In this document: in pieces, positions 1 through 13,292 of the stretch | Layout: each line of letters begins with the position of its first letter | How positions within the stretch are numbered: position 1 is the stretch's first letter | NCBI GenBank assembly: GCA_030390025.1 | Contig: CM059438.1 | Span: forward strand, 63,180,001-63,244,000 | DNA: 64,000 bases | Reading direction: 5' to 3' | Source of the DNA: Squalus acanthias | Taxonomy: Eukaryota | Position numbers and translations under genes: made by a program | Notes under the pieces: generated by a model | Told to the model about the DNA's origin: nothing | Seen by the model: the letters and a program-made list of their open reading frames with translations, nothing else | The model's database searches: none

Positions 1-462
1 CATCTCTAATTTCCCTTGAGAAGGTGGTGGTGAGCCGCCTTCTTGAATCGCTGCAGTCCGTGTGGTGAAGGTACTCCCACAGCGCTGTTAGGGAGGGAGT
101 TCCAGAATTTTGACCCAGCGACGATGAAGGATCGGCGATATACTTCCAAGTCAGGATGGTGTGTAACTTGGAGGTGGTGGTGTTCCCATGCGCCTGCTGT
201 CCTTGCTCTTCTAGGTGGAAGAGGTCGCGGGTTTGGGAGGTGCTGCCGAAGAAGTCTTGGCGAGTTGCTGCAGTGCATCTTGTAGATGGTACACACTGCA
301 GCCACGGTGTGCTGCTGGTGGAGGGAGTGAATGTTTAAGGTGGTGGATGGGGTGCCAATCAAGCGGGCTGCTTTGTCCTGTATGGTGTCGAGCTTCTTGA
401 GTGTTGTTGGAGCTGCACTCATCCAGGCAAGTGGAGAGTATTCCATCACACTCCTGACTTGA
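1..462 (-). mobile_element. 3' fragment of a CR1-group LINE (distinct lineage, YKAQVRSVMEYSPLAW type)
   Basis: ORF 6..449 is a post-RT C-terminal region; second copy at 45990-46552, tail remnant near 32490-32610. Confidence 0.8.
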
Positions 463-849
463 GTTAGAACACAATCCTCTCATTTATGGGTTTGAATCCA
501 GCTTACACAGGTGAGATGAATATGAACCCTCAGTGCCATTTGCAAGAATTCCCAATGAAATATACTTGAGCAGTTTCACTACAGTTCCAGATGGATGTGG
601 ATGCACGGTGCCATAGCTCCCCAACAATTCAGCATGTACCGGCACTATAAATTGACAATCACATGCACAGACACCGTGGAGCTACTAATACTGCCCCCAC
701 CCCCACCATATAGCATTGCTCCATCCAGACCAGTTAATCTGCTTGCATGGCACAAAGTCAGTACATCTACATAATTCGACAGTGTTCTGTTGCGCAAGAC
801 ATGCCAGGAGCATCCTGTGGGTTGGAGGCTTAAATGCCAGCAGCATGAA

Positions 850-3050
850 GAACACAGGAGCAGGAGGAGGCCATTCAGCCCCTCGAGTCTGTTCCGCCAT
901 TCTGTTAGATCATGGCTAATCTGCACCTCAACTCCATTTACCTGCCTTTGCTGCATATCCCTTGATACCCTTACCCAATCACAATCTGTTGAATTTAGTC
1001 TTGAAAATGACAGTTAATCCAGCATACACAGCCTTTTGGGGAGAGAGTTCCAAAATTTCCCCTACCACTTAAGTGGAAAAAGTGCTTCCTGATTTCACTC
1101 CAAAATGGCCTCGCTCTAATTTTAATATAATTCCAACCCCTCCCCCCAGTTCTGGATTCCCCCAGCAAAGGAAATAGTTTCTCAGAAATATAGAATCATA
1201 TAATAGTACAGCACAGAAGGATGCCATTCGGCCCATCGAATCTATGCCAGCTCTTTCGAAGAGCAATCCAGTTAGTCCTACTCCCCAACTCTTTCCCCAT
1301 ATCCCTGCAATTTTTTTCGCATTCAAGTATTTACCAAATCACTTTTGAAAGCTACTATTGAATCTGTTCCCACCACCCTATCAGGTAGTGCATTCCAAAT
1401 CCTAACCACTCGTTGCGTAAGAAAGTTTTTCTTCATGTTGCCTTTGGTTCTTTTGCCAATCATCTTAAATCTGTGCCCTCTGCTTATCGACCCTCTGAGC
1501 CACTGGAAACAGTTTCTCCTTATTTACTCTATCTACACCCTTCATGATTTTGAACACCTCTATCAAATCTCCTCGAAGCCTTCTCTGCTCTAAGAACAAC
1601 AACCCCAGCTTCTCCAGTCTATCCACGTAACTGTAATCCCTCATCCCTGGAACCATTCTAGTAAATCTCTTCTGTACCCTCTCCAAAACCTTCACGTTTT
1701 ACTCTATCAAATCCGTTTATCACTTTGAATACCTCAGTTAGATCACCGCTTTCAACCTTCTAAACTCAAAGGGAATACAATCCAAATTTATGCAACCTTA
1801 CCTCACAATTTAACCCTTTAAACCCTGGTATGATTCTGATGAATCTGTCCTGTACCCGCTCCAAGGCCAGTATATCTTTACTGTGAGGTGCCCAAAACTG
1901 AATGTAGTACTCTAGCTTGGGTCTGATCAGGGCTCTGTACTTCCTCACTTTTGTATTCCAACCCCCTTAAGATAAAAGCCAACATTCCATTAGCCTTTTT
2001 TGATTGATTTTTCGAGCTGTGCACCAGCTTTTAGTGATTTGTGTATGTGGACACCCAATTCCCTTTGCTGCTCCACAGTTTCTAGTCTTTTCCTATTCAG
2101 AAGATACTCCGATTTGTCTTTCTTGAATCCTGATTGGATAACCTCACACTTTCCCACATTGAACTCTATCTGCCACAGTTTTCCCCACTCACTTAATCTG
2201 TGTGTGTCCCACCTACACAACTTACCGTGCCTCCTGAAGAGGTGTTAATAAGAACATAAGAAATAAGAGCAGGAGTAGGTCATACGACCCCTCGAGCCTG
2301 CTCCGCCATTCAATAAAATCATGGCTGATCATCGACCTCAAATCCACTTTCCCGCCCGATCTCCATATCCCTTGATTTCCCTAGAGCCCAAAAATCTATC
2401 TATCTCAGCCTTGAATATACTCAAAGACTCAGCATGCACAGCCCCTCTGGGGTAGAGAATTCCAAAGACTCAGGTGTTAATTTATCTTAATTGTTCCTTG
2501 CAGTTGGTGGGACACAAAGTCCCCTGAATTGGCACCTGGATGCCTACAGAACGGTGTGGCGCAAACCAAAGGTGGCCTTATCTTAATCTGAGAAGCAAAA
2601 TTTCCCCCTTCCCTCCCTCCCCTCCCTCCTTCCCTTCCCTTCCCTCCTTCCCTTCCCTTCTCTACAGGCCACCCCTGGAGCATGACTCAGCTGCCTCAGG
2701 TGCAATGTGGGGAGACCCCTTAATTTAAATAACTTCTGGGACCTGAATGAGTTGGACACACATTTAGTGTGCAGGCTGCCAGGACACTGCACACTAGGCG
2801 GCCTCATTGGGCGCTGAACGGGTGTCCCAGCATCCACAGACTTTTGAGGGAAGGAGTTCCAGATTTCTACTACCCTCATGAATAGCCGAGCTCCAGTTTT
2901 AAAATTATGTTCCCTTGCCCTTGGTTTCCCCCACCAGAGGCAGTAGTTTCTCCTTATCCAACCCTATCAAATCCTTTCAACATTTTAAACACCTCGATCA
3001 GGTCACCCTTCAATCTCCTATACTCAAGGGCATACATGCCAAGTTTATGG
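850..3050 (-). mobile_element. Cluster of nested, 5'-truncated CR1 LINE 3' ends, with a (CCCT/CCTT)n tract near 2603-2660
   Basis: ORFs with LERVQ.RF.RM.PG and RLRGDLIEVFK motifs; repeated CR1 3'UTR (ggccattcggccc...). Confidence 0.85.
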
Positions 3051-3892
3051 ATCGAATAGAGTGAAGCTTTATCCCACCCTGTACTTCACCTGGAAGTGCT
3101 TGATGTTGAATTTAACTCCCACAATGGAAAATGCATCTCCCTTCATCAGTGATAAAATTATTTTCCATAATAAGCATTTGATTTGAAATAATGAGAAAGG
3201 AAGGCTTGTATCTATTATATATTGTGCAGCCTTTAAAAAAAGGTATAATTCAACTGTGTGTTTGAGAGACTTTTACCAATTGGAATAAGTTAATTCAGTA
3301 AAAATGCGTCAGTACAGTACTCTGCTTTTACTAGTACCTGAATAGGTCTCATTCTAGTGAGAGCTGATTGTTCTTTCTTCGTGCTGCACGACAATTGATC
3401 GTGATTATAATGCTCCCTTCCCGTATTCTCGAATTCAGGTCACGTTAATTACTTCTCCTATTTCCATCTGTTTTCTCTTCTATTACCCAGGCACAGAGCA
3501 GAGGAAAATCTTTCCCAATAATTTCTCCACTTTCAAGTGGAAAAATATATCTCAATATTTTTCTTAAAGAGACACTAAATATGGTGACATTACTCAATTT
3601 GTTGCGACTGCTCCTTTTCGCTGGGATTCTCTGTGAAGAGATTTGATTTGGAAAGAATGCAGCAAGCCCAAACTTCTATGTCTTGGGGCTCCAGTTTTTG
3701 AACAACATAGATATTTAATTTCATTTTATTTAATAATGCTCGACACCTGCAAGGAGAGATGATGAGATAGATAAAGAATTAATACCTAGCTGATGCCAAG
3801 TGTGGTCTGTGTCTCTGATGGATAGAGAGGGAATTTTAATGATTCCCTTTGGAGCCGTATATTCAAGACGAGCTTTGGTTTCAGAGTTATCT

Positions 3893-4932
3893 TGCTGTCA
3901 GCTTAGCTCAGTTGGTAGCACTCTCGTCTCTGAATCGGAAGGTTGTGGCTTCAAGTCTCACTGCGGGAGTTGAGCACATAATCTATGTTGGCATTTCACT
4001 GCAATACCGAGGCAGTATTACATTGCTGAAGTTGTCATCAGATAATATAACAGCAGCAACAACAACTTGTATTTATATAGCGCCTTTAACGTAGTAAAAC
4101 GTCCCAAGGCGCTTTACAGGAGTGTTATAAGACAAAAAAAATTGACACTGAGCCACATAAGGAGAAATTAGGGCAGGTGACCAAAAGCTTGGTCAAAGAG
4201 GTAGGTTTTAAGGAGCGTCTTAAAGGAGGAAAGAGAGGTAGCGAGGCAGAGAGGTTTAGGCAGGGAGTTCCAGAGCTTAGGGCCCAGGCAACAGAAGGCA
4301 CGGCCACCAATGGTTGAGCGATTATAATCAGGGATGCTCAAGAAGGCAGAATTAGAGGAGTGCAGATATCTCAGGGTGGGGCTGAAGGAGATTACAGCGA
4401 TAGGGAGGGGCGAGGCCATGGAGGGATTTGAAAACAATGATGAGATTGAGGCGTTGCTTAACCGGGAGCCAATGTAGGTCAGAGACCACAGGGGTGATGG
4501 GTGAATGGGACTTGGTGCAAGTTAGGACACGGGCAGCCGAGTTTTGGATGTTTACGTAGAGTAGAATGTGGGAGGCCAGCCAGGAGTGCATTGGAATAGT
4601 CAAGTCTCGAGGTAACAAATTAAACCAAATCATATTAAACCAAAGACCAGTCCAGCTGCTCAGGTGGATAGTAATGATCCCAAGGCACTACTCCGAGAAG
4701 AGCAGGGCGTTCTCATGGTGTCCTGGCCAATATGTTTCCCTCGACTAACACCATCAAGAACAGAATACCTAGTGATTGAATCGCTGTTTGTGGGATCTTG
4801 CTTTCTGCGTGCAGTGGCGTCTGCATTTGCCTACATAACAACTGTGACTAGATTTCAACAGTACTTTATTATCTGGGAAGTGCTTTGGGACTTCCTGAGG
4901 ACCTGATAAGGTGCTATATAAAAGAAGCTTCT
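3893..4932 (+). mobile_element. Diverged Deu-SINE (SacSINE1-like) split by an L2 insertion
   Basis: tRNA-like head (gctcagttggtagca...ggcttcaagtc) at ~3893-4045; body resumes ~4630 and ends ggtgctatataaa. Confidence 0.75.
4048..4620 (-). mobile_element. L2 LINE 3' end
   Basis: QNSAARVLT...ITPVVSDLHWLPV...GPKLWNSLP...FKTLLKTYLF; (TTG)n tail. Confidence 0.88.
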
Positions 4933-5144
4933 TCATTTTTTTATCGTAAACTTTCCAGTTTGCTATCAGTAAACTTCAAGTAATCTGAAACCAAACTAGT
5001 TTTTTGTGTTCTGATTCATTTTTCTGAAGCCAAACTTTGGACCGTCAGAAACTTTAAATCATTTGGCTTTGACCAGCCAAAGCTAAGACCTTAATAACTT
5101 ACTCCCATCAGAAACACAAATTCAGGGTTAATGTTGTTAATAAA

Positions 5145-5370
5145 AAGAAAGAAAGACTTGCATTTCTATAGCGCCTTTCACGACCACTGGATGTCCCAAA
5201 ACGCTTTACAGCCAATGAAGTACTTTTGAAGTGTAGTCACTCTGTTGTAATGTAGGAAACGCGGCAGCCAATATGCACCCAGCAAGCTCCCACAAACAGC
5301 AATGAGATAATGGTCAGATAATCTGTTTTTAGTAGTGATGCTGATTGAGGGATAAATATTGGTCAGGACA
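5145..5370 (-). mobile_element. Deu-SINE 3' half
   Basis: Reverse complement of the 3' part of the copy at 16905-17350. Confidence 0.85.
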
Positions 5371-5709
5371 ATGTTAATTGGAAACTTAATGAATGAATTG
5401 GTGATCAGGGATTGGATGGAACTCTTTTTGCCCTGGTAACTGATCCATTTGTCTGGGTTATTGAGGAGCAGGTGCCCATTCTAATCCCTAAATCTTTACC
5501 ATCCATGGGAAGATTTTGGTGCTTAACCCAATGCAGGAAGAACTGTTTCACAACAACCGGTGTGACATAATGATTGAAGAATGAGAGAGAGCTTAGAAAC
5601 ATTCCACTAATTAAGAGTACTGTAAATAAATAAATAGTTTGACTACTGAATCTTTGATCACCTTGAAGCATGAGATCCATCAGCTCCTGCACACCAATAA
5701 TCTGCCCTG

Positions 5710-5886
5710 ATACAAAAGCAAAATACTGCGGATGCTGGAAATCTGAAATAAAAACAGAAAATGCTGGAAATACTCAGCAGGTCAGGCAGCATCTGTGGAG
5801 AGAGAAACAGAGTTAACGTTTCAGGTCGATGACCCTTCGTCAGAACTGGAAAAAGTTGGAGATGTAACAGGTTTTTTAAGCAAGTG
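5710..5886 (-). mobile_element. Penelope-like element 3'/pLTR fragment (family 1) with hammerhead-like core at 5811-5847
   Basis: 12-bp TSD taatctgccctg (5698-5709 / 5887-5898); same repeat as 35895-36324, which carries GIY-YIG C-terminal codons. Confidence 0.85.
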
Positions 5887-5994
5887 TAATCTGCCCTGGC
5901 TGTCTCTGTGTGTACTCAATGGGGAGAAGCCAATAATTGCCTTGTACATGCAGGGAATGACAAGTTGCTGTTTAATTTATTCTGATTTTCTCAG

Positions 5995-6100
5995 GTATGG
6001 AGGGCTGACATTTGGGAACGTACTCAAATCTATCCCAGCGTCCTTCAGTACAAAGGCTGCTCCAATGGTGCGGAAGATTGCCGTCAGAAGAACTGCACAG
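5995..6100 (+). CDS. ABCA2: ABCA2 internal exon A (first seen here): (R)[35 protein letters not shown]
   Basis: ttttctcag| acceptor, |gtaggg donor, 106 nt; closely matches recalled ABCA2 [36 protein letters not shown]; joins next exon in phase 0. Confidence 0.95.
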
Positions 6101-6294
6101 GTAGGGCAAAGGGTGCTTTTCTCAGGTTATTAATATACGTTGCAATAATGTTGAATTGTGCAACAAACTGAGGTAACCTAACTGCAGTAGAAGACATATA
6201 AATTGAAATTTGTTTGCAGTAGTATGTGGACCAAGGTTCTAGAGCGACAGAAGCAGACGCCATCCTGTTTTAAGTTACAACATTTTTATATTAT

Positions 6295-7008
6295 AGCCTC
6301 GATTTTTATGGGGGTGGCGGAGTGGCGTACCCAGAAAGTTCAGGGGCGTGGCGGCTCTGCCGAGCTGAACGGGAAGGCCACATTTAAATAAAAGTTCCTG
6401 GAGTCCCGCCCGCCACCTGGCCAAATTCACTGCATGGCTGGCAGGTGGGAGCGGGAATTTGGCAGGAGGAGGCCGCAGTCCGGGGACCTGCGGGCAGTTG
6501 GGTCTGGAGCCGATTGGGGGGCGGGGGGAGGTCTCCAGCACGTTTGGGGAAATTCTGGGGCTGGTGTGGCCCAAGAACTCCTTGAGGGGCCTGGGGAGGG
6601 GGAGCACTCCTGGCCCACAAGGAGTTCAAACAGTGGCAGATTTCTGAAGCTTAACTTGGCCTTTTCTGGCCAGTCGGCTCCTCCCGCCATGGTTCTGCTG
6701 CCGGGCTTCAGACAGCGCAGGACTCGTCCTGACGACGTTAATATTACTTTGTGGCACCAATGATGTCATTGGGCTGTGACATTTGCATGTTAAGTAGGCC
6801 CCGACCTACCTTTAGTGGGAACCTCGGCCAGAGCCTGAATCACCGTTGTGAATAATACGGCAGTGGGATCGCGATTTTCAAGATTGTAACCCCTCGCCCG
6901 ACCCTTTTCCTGCCCGTCGTGGGGGGGTGGGGGGCGGTGGTGTTGGGGGGGTGGCGGGAGGGCGGGGGTGCGGGTGGGGGGGGAGAGTGCAGGGTTAAAA
7001 TAGAGGCT
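6295..7008. mobile_element. GC-rich MITE, PIF/Harbinger-like
   Basis: Terminal inverted repeats agcctcgatttt / aaaatagaggct; flanks tat / gat (imperfect 3-bp TSD). Confidence 0.65.
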
Positions 7009-7809
7009 GATATCTTTCATTAAAAATTTTTGCTGGGCTAACTGTGGCAAATTTAAACTGCTATCTGAAAGCGGCTTCCTTTTGTCTTTGCCTCTGGGGA
7101 GAAAGGGGCAGGTGGGTAGAGAAGATACACAATTCTGTTTGAAGTTCAAACAGAAATTTCTTCTTAGTTGTTGGATGCCCCAGGAACTTTGATGCATAGC
7201 TAACCGAATTATTTTCTTTTTAGGACACTGATTAACTTGTATATAGGAACTGGCAGATTCCTGTCAAAGAATGCAAGTTCGCAGATATAGTCATTAACTG
7301 TAATGGTCGCGCCATTAAAAATAACATTTGATTTACGACGTCAGCATTAGCAGTTCCTGAGTAGCACAAGCGCTGGTGTCAGTGCCCATTAACATGGAAT
7401 GCGGACATCTCCATCCATTGTGCCTTTGATCTTTCTTAATTGATCATTCTGTGTCCAAAGACTTCTCACATTGGGATAAATACAGCAGGGTTTTAGACAT
7501 GTTGTTTGTTGATTTAGCGTGGCTGTTTGGCAAGGAATGGTTGTGGTGCTTCGCTTAGCTCACCAACGCTCACTGTCTCGGCTCACTAGAACTTAGATGA
7601 AATAGAGAGGATGAAAATTTCACAAAGGGCATTCTTAAGGACGTGAAGGAGTAGAGAGTTGAAAAAATATATAAAGTTCAAGCACCAAAATCTGGATTGA
7701 AAAGAAACTGGAAATATAGGTTGTAAGGGAAAGTGGGAATAGAAATATAGAACGTATAGAAATCATTTTGATATGAAGATAAGGAACTGAATAACAAGTA
7801 CAACATATT

Positions 7810-8227
7810 AGAACATAAGAAATAGGAACAGGAGTAGGTCATTTGGCCCTTCGAGCCAGCTCCGCCATTCAGTAAGATCATGGCTGATCTTCTATCTCAT
7901 CTCCACTTTCCTGAACTATCCCCATATCCCTTGATTCCACTAATATCCAAAAATCTAGCGATCTCTGTCTTGAATATAATCAACGACTGAGCCTCCACAG
8001 CCGTCTGAGGTAGAGAATTCCAAAGATTCACCACCCTCTGAGTGAAGAAATTTCTCCTCATCTCAGTCCTAAATGGCCGACCCCTTATTCTGAGACTGTG
8101 ACCCCTGGTTCTAGACTCCCCAGCCAGGGGAAACATCCTCCCTGCATCTACCCCGTCAAGCCCTGTAAGAATTGTGTATGTTTGAATGAGATCACCTCTC
8201 ATTCTTCTAAACTCTAGAGAATATAGA
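7810..8227 (-). mobile_element. CR1 LINE 3' end
   Basis: ORF 7897..8202 (MRGDLIQTY...FFTQRVVNLWNSLP); (TTCTTATG)-type tail. Confidence 0.92.
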
Positions 8228-8499
8228 CAACAGAGATGGGATCATGGGGAAGAAAACTGTATGGTAGAAATGAAATTTTTTATAATGGTTTTCATAATAG
8301 AACAGCATATTCAGCATTGTCTTTATGGCACACGAGGGGTGAGGTGTTCATAGAGAAAAATAGATGGCAGCAATTAATTCAAAATGTGTCGCAAGCTTGG
8401 TCCAGCCATTTACATACAACATTACTGATGGTCAGCAGATCTTCACTGTAGCAAAGCTACTGCTCACGTTCCCTTGGAAGATGCTTAAACACAGGACTG

Positions 8500-9201
8500 T
8501 TAATGCCATGGGCACACCTCCAAATGAAGAGGACGCCTGTGAGAGGGTTTCTTCGATGGCTCTCAGCCAGCATCAGGTTCTGGTCTGCAGCCTCATCAGT
8601 CTCCTCCTGTTCCTCAGGGTGGTTCCCTTCTGTACCTGGAGTTCTCCTAACTCTAGGTCCTCCAAGTTGAGGTCTCTTTACAGAGTGCAGTTATACGGGG
8701 TGCAGCACTCTAACTTGATCCTTGAAGCCTTATTTGTGCTATATTGCAAGGCATCTCTAAATCTATCCTGGCACCAGTGGTTTCTTCATGTTAACTATTT
8801 ATGAGGTTGGAACGACGATAGAACTCACTCAACAGTTGCCGTGAAGGTACTGAGTGACGAATAAGAATTTAACAAATGGGGTGTAGATTCTCCTTGCAGT
8901 ATTTAAGCAGAGCTCTTTAAAGCACTAGCATTGAAAGGTCAGGCCCTAGCTGGTTGGCAAAACAGGAATAACCTGTTGGGGCAAATCTGGAAATTGTGCA
9001 AAGGATTTAATACATCATTGGGGCCTCATTTACATTTAAAAACTGGTGGGTGCCACTGGCAACAGAAATGTCAGCAAAACTTTTATGGGGAGTTAAGTGG
9101 GCAAAGAACCAGCGTGATCGCTCCGCACCCCAACTTCTGCTTGGTTTGCGCCAATTTATGCCCATTTTGTTCGGATGAAACTGATCACAAAATCTAGACT
9201 G
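8500..9201 (-). pseudogene. Fossil PIF/Harbinger transposase fragment within a decayed DNA transposon
   Basis: 8773..8678 translates CQDRFRDALQYSTNKASRIKLECCTPYNCTL*, resembling recalled Harbinger/HARBI1 CLDxSxGALQYSPEKxxxIIxACCxLHN; acidic tail follows; TIR-like aaaatctagact near 9190-9201. Confidence 0.65.
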
Positions 9202-10246
9202 ACGTTTTATTGTATCTAATTTTGGTTTCAACAAACAGGTGTGAAGATGATTGAAAGAACAAAGGGATTTAGTCACTGATCTATAAAAAGCAGCCAAGAG
9301 AACATATGTTCTGGTTGAAGAAAGAAATGGTTTTTGTTAAACCAGTGCCAGGGCTACATGAGTACAAGCCAAGCCAAGAAAGCCACGTATTCAATCTTAA
9401 TTAATACCCTTTCTTCATTTACTTGGCCAGTGTGGATGTGGCCCGTTAAATGACATGGCTAACTTGGCGTAGCCAGGTTGTACTTGGTGCAATCGGTGAC
9501 ACTCCGCCTTCTCGCAGAATTTGACGTGCTGCCAGATGTTCACAAGAAAGCAGGTGTTACCCACAAAGCAGTACCTCCGTCTGTGTGCGTGTGCCGTGGC
9601 ACCTCCAGGTTTCACAGGGAGCCAGAGCAGCCTGTGGAAAGATAGGGTTAGCGCCACTGAGTGGATAGGATGGCTTCAATGTACATTATGATGTGGATAC
9701 GTTTCTAGAGGGTGAGGTTAGTTCCACTGGAGCTGACGCAGTAGTACTGCAGCGCTGCTCCACTTGTTTGAATGAGTCTTGTTGGAGCTCTGGTATTGGA
9801 CTTGCTGTGCACCAGCATTTTGTGCTGCTGTAAGCATATTGGCACGAAGCACAGAAATTAAGCAGCAATTCCTTCACAGTTGGAGTTAACTTATGGAACA
9901 AGCTGCCAACTAAAAATATTATTGACATAGTTGAAACATTGTTACGGTAATTGGCAGATTTCTGATTTATTGGGGAGTGGCGGGTTCTGGGCTCGGGGTA
10001 GGAGGGAGATGATGGAATCCTTGCTAACTGACCTTACTGACGGGTCGAAGGAGGTCTGATTTGCCTGTAACTATTGGCAAAGTCATGATCATTGGAATTG
10101 TTTCATCCTCCCTCATTGCCCTATATCAGGAGGACGACTGCTGAAGATATTTTTGGAAGTAAAATAGAAACCCAGTTGTTATCTGACATTAAAACAAACA
10201 CAAAGGCGAGCATTTAGCTAACACTTTTTTTCTTTTATTTCTGTAG

Positions 10247-10358
10247 GCGTTTTACAACAACAAGGGTTATCACAGCATGCCAACCTATCTGAATACCCTG
10301 AACAATGCCATTCTCCGAGCCAACCTACCCAAGAGCAAGGGCAACCCTGCGGGATATG
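10247..10358 (+). CDS. ABCA2: ABCA2 exon [38 protein letters not shown](G)
   Basis: Pyrimidine tract + ctgtag|, |gtaagc; 112 nt; absent from ORF track, read directly; typical [12 protein letters not shown]...LNNAILRA motif. Confidence 0.96.
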
Positions 10359-11322
10359 GTAAGCCCAAAGAATCAATTTGAGTAAACCCTTTGAACCAGA
10401 GGGGTCTCTGAATTCAGAAGCAAAACGCTGCTGTCTCTTGCTATTGATGGTACTGGCAATGAACCAATGAAATTGAATATTTGGTCAATATTGGTACAAC
10501 CACTGATGTCAGCAGTCAAATCGTGCAGCTCCAGATATGGTAGAATTAAATTTCTTCAAGCTCTTGTGATTCCATAATTGTCCTTTACAATTGTTGCGTT
10601 CAGTTGAATTGTACACAGATTTAATACAAATAATAGAATTTTCTGCGACCTGCAGCTTAGCAAATTGCCCTTTCATCTCTGGAACCTGACTCTGAATAAA
10701 GCCTAAATTGAAGGTCTCCTATGTCTGATAGCTGCAACTGAAATGAGTTGGAGCAGCCTTTACCTAGTTGATGGTTGCAGGTTCATAGCACAGGTCGTGC
10801 TGATTGACATTAAACTGGCAACCTCACTCAAAAGACCAGGTGGATGGGTGTGGAAAATCTAAACATATCACACCGATGCAGCAGGAGGTTGGACTGAGAT
10901 CCATTGTTGTGGAGAACCAAGGGATTTTTACTCTGTATCTGACTTACTGCAGACCCATGGTACCTAAGATGAGAGATTTTCCTGTTCTACAATGCTGGCA
11001 ATCGCATTGAGTACAGATGATCGCCAAACAGTAATGTATCCAACTGATAACCAGACAATTTGTACATGGATAAAAGATTGAAATATCTTCATGCGATAGA
11101 ACCTTGGTTATGAATTACACAGTTCTTAGCGGTGAAGTTGCCCATTTCTGTGTCAATTAGTGAACATAAATAAATTCCAGTGACTGTTGTCAATGGTTCA
11201 TGTTGAACTATACAGCCATTTTATACTTCGCCGCAGTAAATTAAATTTCCAGTCGTGGAAAATATTTTAAAAATAACTAAAACCACAGTTTCAAGATGTT
11301 CAGAGTTGTGCAGAGCAGTTTG

Positions 11323-11670
11323 AACATAAGAAATAGGAGCAGGAGTAGGCCATTCGGCCCCTCGAGCCTGCTCCGCCATTCAATAAGATCATGGCTGATC
11401 TTCTACCTCAACTCCACTTTCCTGCACTATCCCCATATCCCTTGATTCTCTTAATATCCAAAAATCTATCGATCTCTGTCTTGAATATACTCAATGGCTG
11501 AGCCTCCACAGCCCTCTGGGGTAGAAAATTCCAAAGATTCACCACCCTCTGAGTGAAGAAATTTCTGCTCCATCCTAAATGGCCGACCCCTTATTCTGAG
11601 ACTGTGACCTCCCTGGTTCTAGACTCTCCAGCCAGAGGAAACAACCTCTCAGCATCTACCCTGTCAAGCT
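11323..11670 (-). mobile_element. CR1 LINE 3' end
   Basis: Same subfamily as 7810-8227. Confidence 0.9.
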
Positions 11671-11879
11671 CTAAGTGTTTGGAAACACTTCAGGGAGAAG
11701 GAGACTACCAGTACATCTATCCTGCCCATTCAATTACCCTCTCTCCTTCCTGTAATTACCTCTGTATATACTGTATGTCTAAAAGGTCTTGCGCTCACTG
11801 TCTGTCTGTTCATCACACCTGAAATGGGGGTCTCCGAGACTTCATATTTGAAAGCTGTCATGTCGACTGGGCATACATT

Positions 11880-12571
11880 GGCCCGGAATCTGCGGTGGGT
11901 AATAACGGCGAACTAACAGCGTTCGCTGTTATTTCCCCTTTGAAACTGACCGCGCGATCTGTGCTATGAACCTGCAACCATCAGCTAGGTCAGTCATTCA
12001 CTGCTCCAACACTAGCCGGCAATCAGTGTAATCAGGGAAACTGACAAACTTTGTCTTTACGGCAGTAATATCGCTGTTAAACACCCCATTAAAAGTTGGA
12101 CCTTTTGGATTAGGTGTAACTGGGCTTTAACAGCGTATTGAATGCTAAACAAACATTATGGACCTGAAAAACTCATTTTAATTTTGTGGAGTGTCAAATT
12201 TATCCATTTTAATAAAAATTACAATTTTTAAGATATTTAAAAAACATTTTTTTTTAAAAGTTTGTTCATCTTTATTTCAGGTTTACCTCTTCCCGAATCT
12301 TTGTTTTGCTCTCTACAACATTTTTAAAGAGTTAGAATAAAAGGAGCTTATTCACTTCCTGGTCTGTGAGAATTCTGCATTGTGATTGGCAGCTTAGACA
12401 GCTGTTGACGTCACAGCAGCTCGCACTCGGGGATCCCCGTTAACTTGCGCTGATCTCAACTGAACGTCGGAAAAGCTGTCCTTCTCGCCACAGAGATCGC
12501 GAGATCTTTGCGGGAAGCTTACTTCGGAGGCCAGCGTCGAACGGCTGATCGCTGATCGCAAATCACGGACC
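11880..12571. mobile_element. MITE, PIF/Harbinger-like
   Basis: Imperfect TIR ggcccggaatctgcggt / atcgcaaatcacggacc; ATT on both sides (11877-79, 12572-74); related to 39013-39783. Confidence 0.7.
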
Positions 12572-12598
12572 ATTATGTGCAAATCTTGTCGGTTTACA

Positions 12599-13133
12599 GA
12601 TAGAATCATTGAAAGTTACAGCACGGAAGGAGGCCATTTCGGCCCATCGTGTCCGCGCCGGCCAACAAAGAGCTATCCAGCCTAACCCCACTTCCCAGCT
12701 CTTGGTCCGTAGTCCTGCAGGTTAGAGCATCCCAAGTGCACATCCAAGTACTTTTTTAATGTGGTTAGGGTTTCTGCCTCTACCACCCTTTCAGGCAGTG
12801 AGTTCCAGAACCCCACAACCCTCTGGGTGAAGAAATTTCCCTCAAATCCCCTCTAAACCTTCCACCAATTACTTTAAATCTGTGCCCCCTGGTTTTTGAC
12901 CCCTCTGCTAAGGGAAATAGGTCCTTTCTATCCACTTTATCTATGCCCCTCATAATTTTATACACCTCAATAAGGTCTCCCCTCAGCCTCCTCTGTTCCA
13001 AGGAAAACAGACCCTATCCAGTCTTTCCTCATAGCTAAGATTCTCTACTCCCGGCAACATCCTTGTAAATCTCCTCTGTACCCTCTCTAGTGCAATCACA
13101 TCTTTCCTGTAATGTGGTGACCAGAACTGCACG
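12599..13133 (-). mobile_element. CR1 LINE 3' end
   Basis: ORF 12780..13001 EQRRLRGDLIEVYKIM. Confidence 0.9.
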
Positions 13134-13292
13134 TTGATGGCCTTGTCTCACTAGAGGTTTCTTCAGTCTGCCTCCTGGAAGATAGGGAGGAAAAATGTAT
13201 GTAGGAGATTGCAGTACCCAGTTCACACAATGAGGTGTTTCATTGTTATGGATGCTGTTAAATTGAGGTTGCACTAGGACTGCAGTAAGCAT

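Noticed and set aside
1..5994. Additional ABCA2 exons upstream of exon A or downstream of 58459
   Set aside because: I could not find the expected neighbouring peptides by eye; they probably lie outside the window.
6275..7197. Overlapping Pro/Gly-rich ORFs and CpG-rich DNA as a gene or promoter
   Set aside because: They lie in a TIR-bounded GC-rich insert where stop codons are naturally scarce. The same applies to 60406-61041 and 63670-64000.
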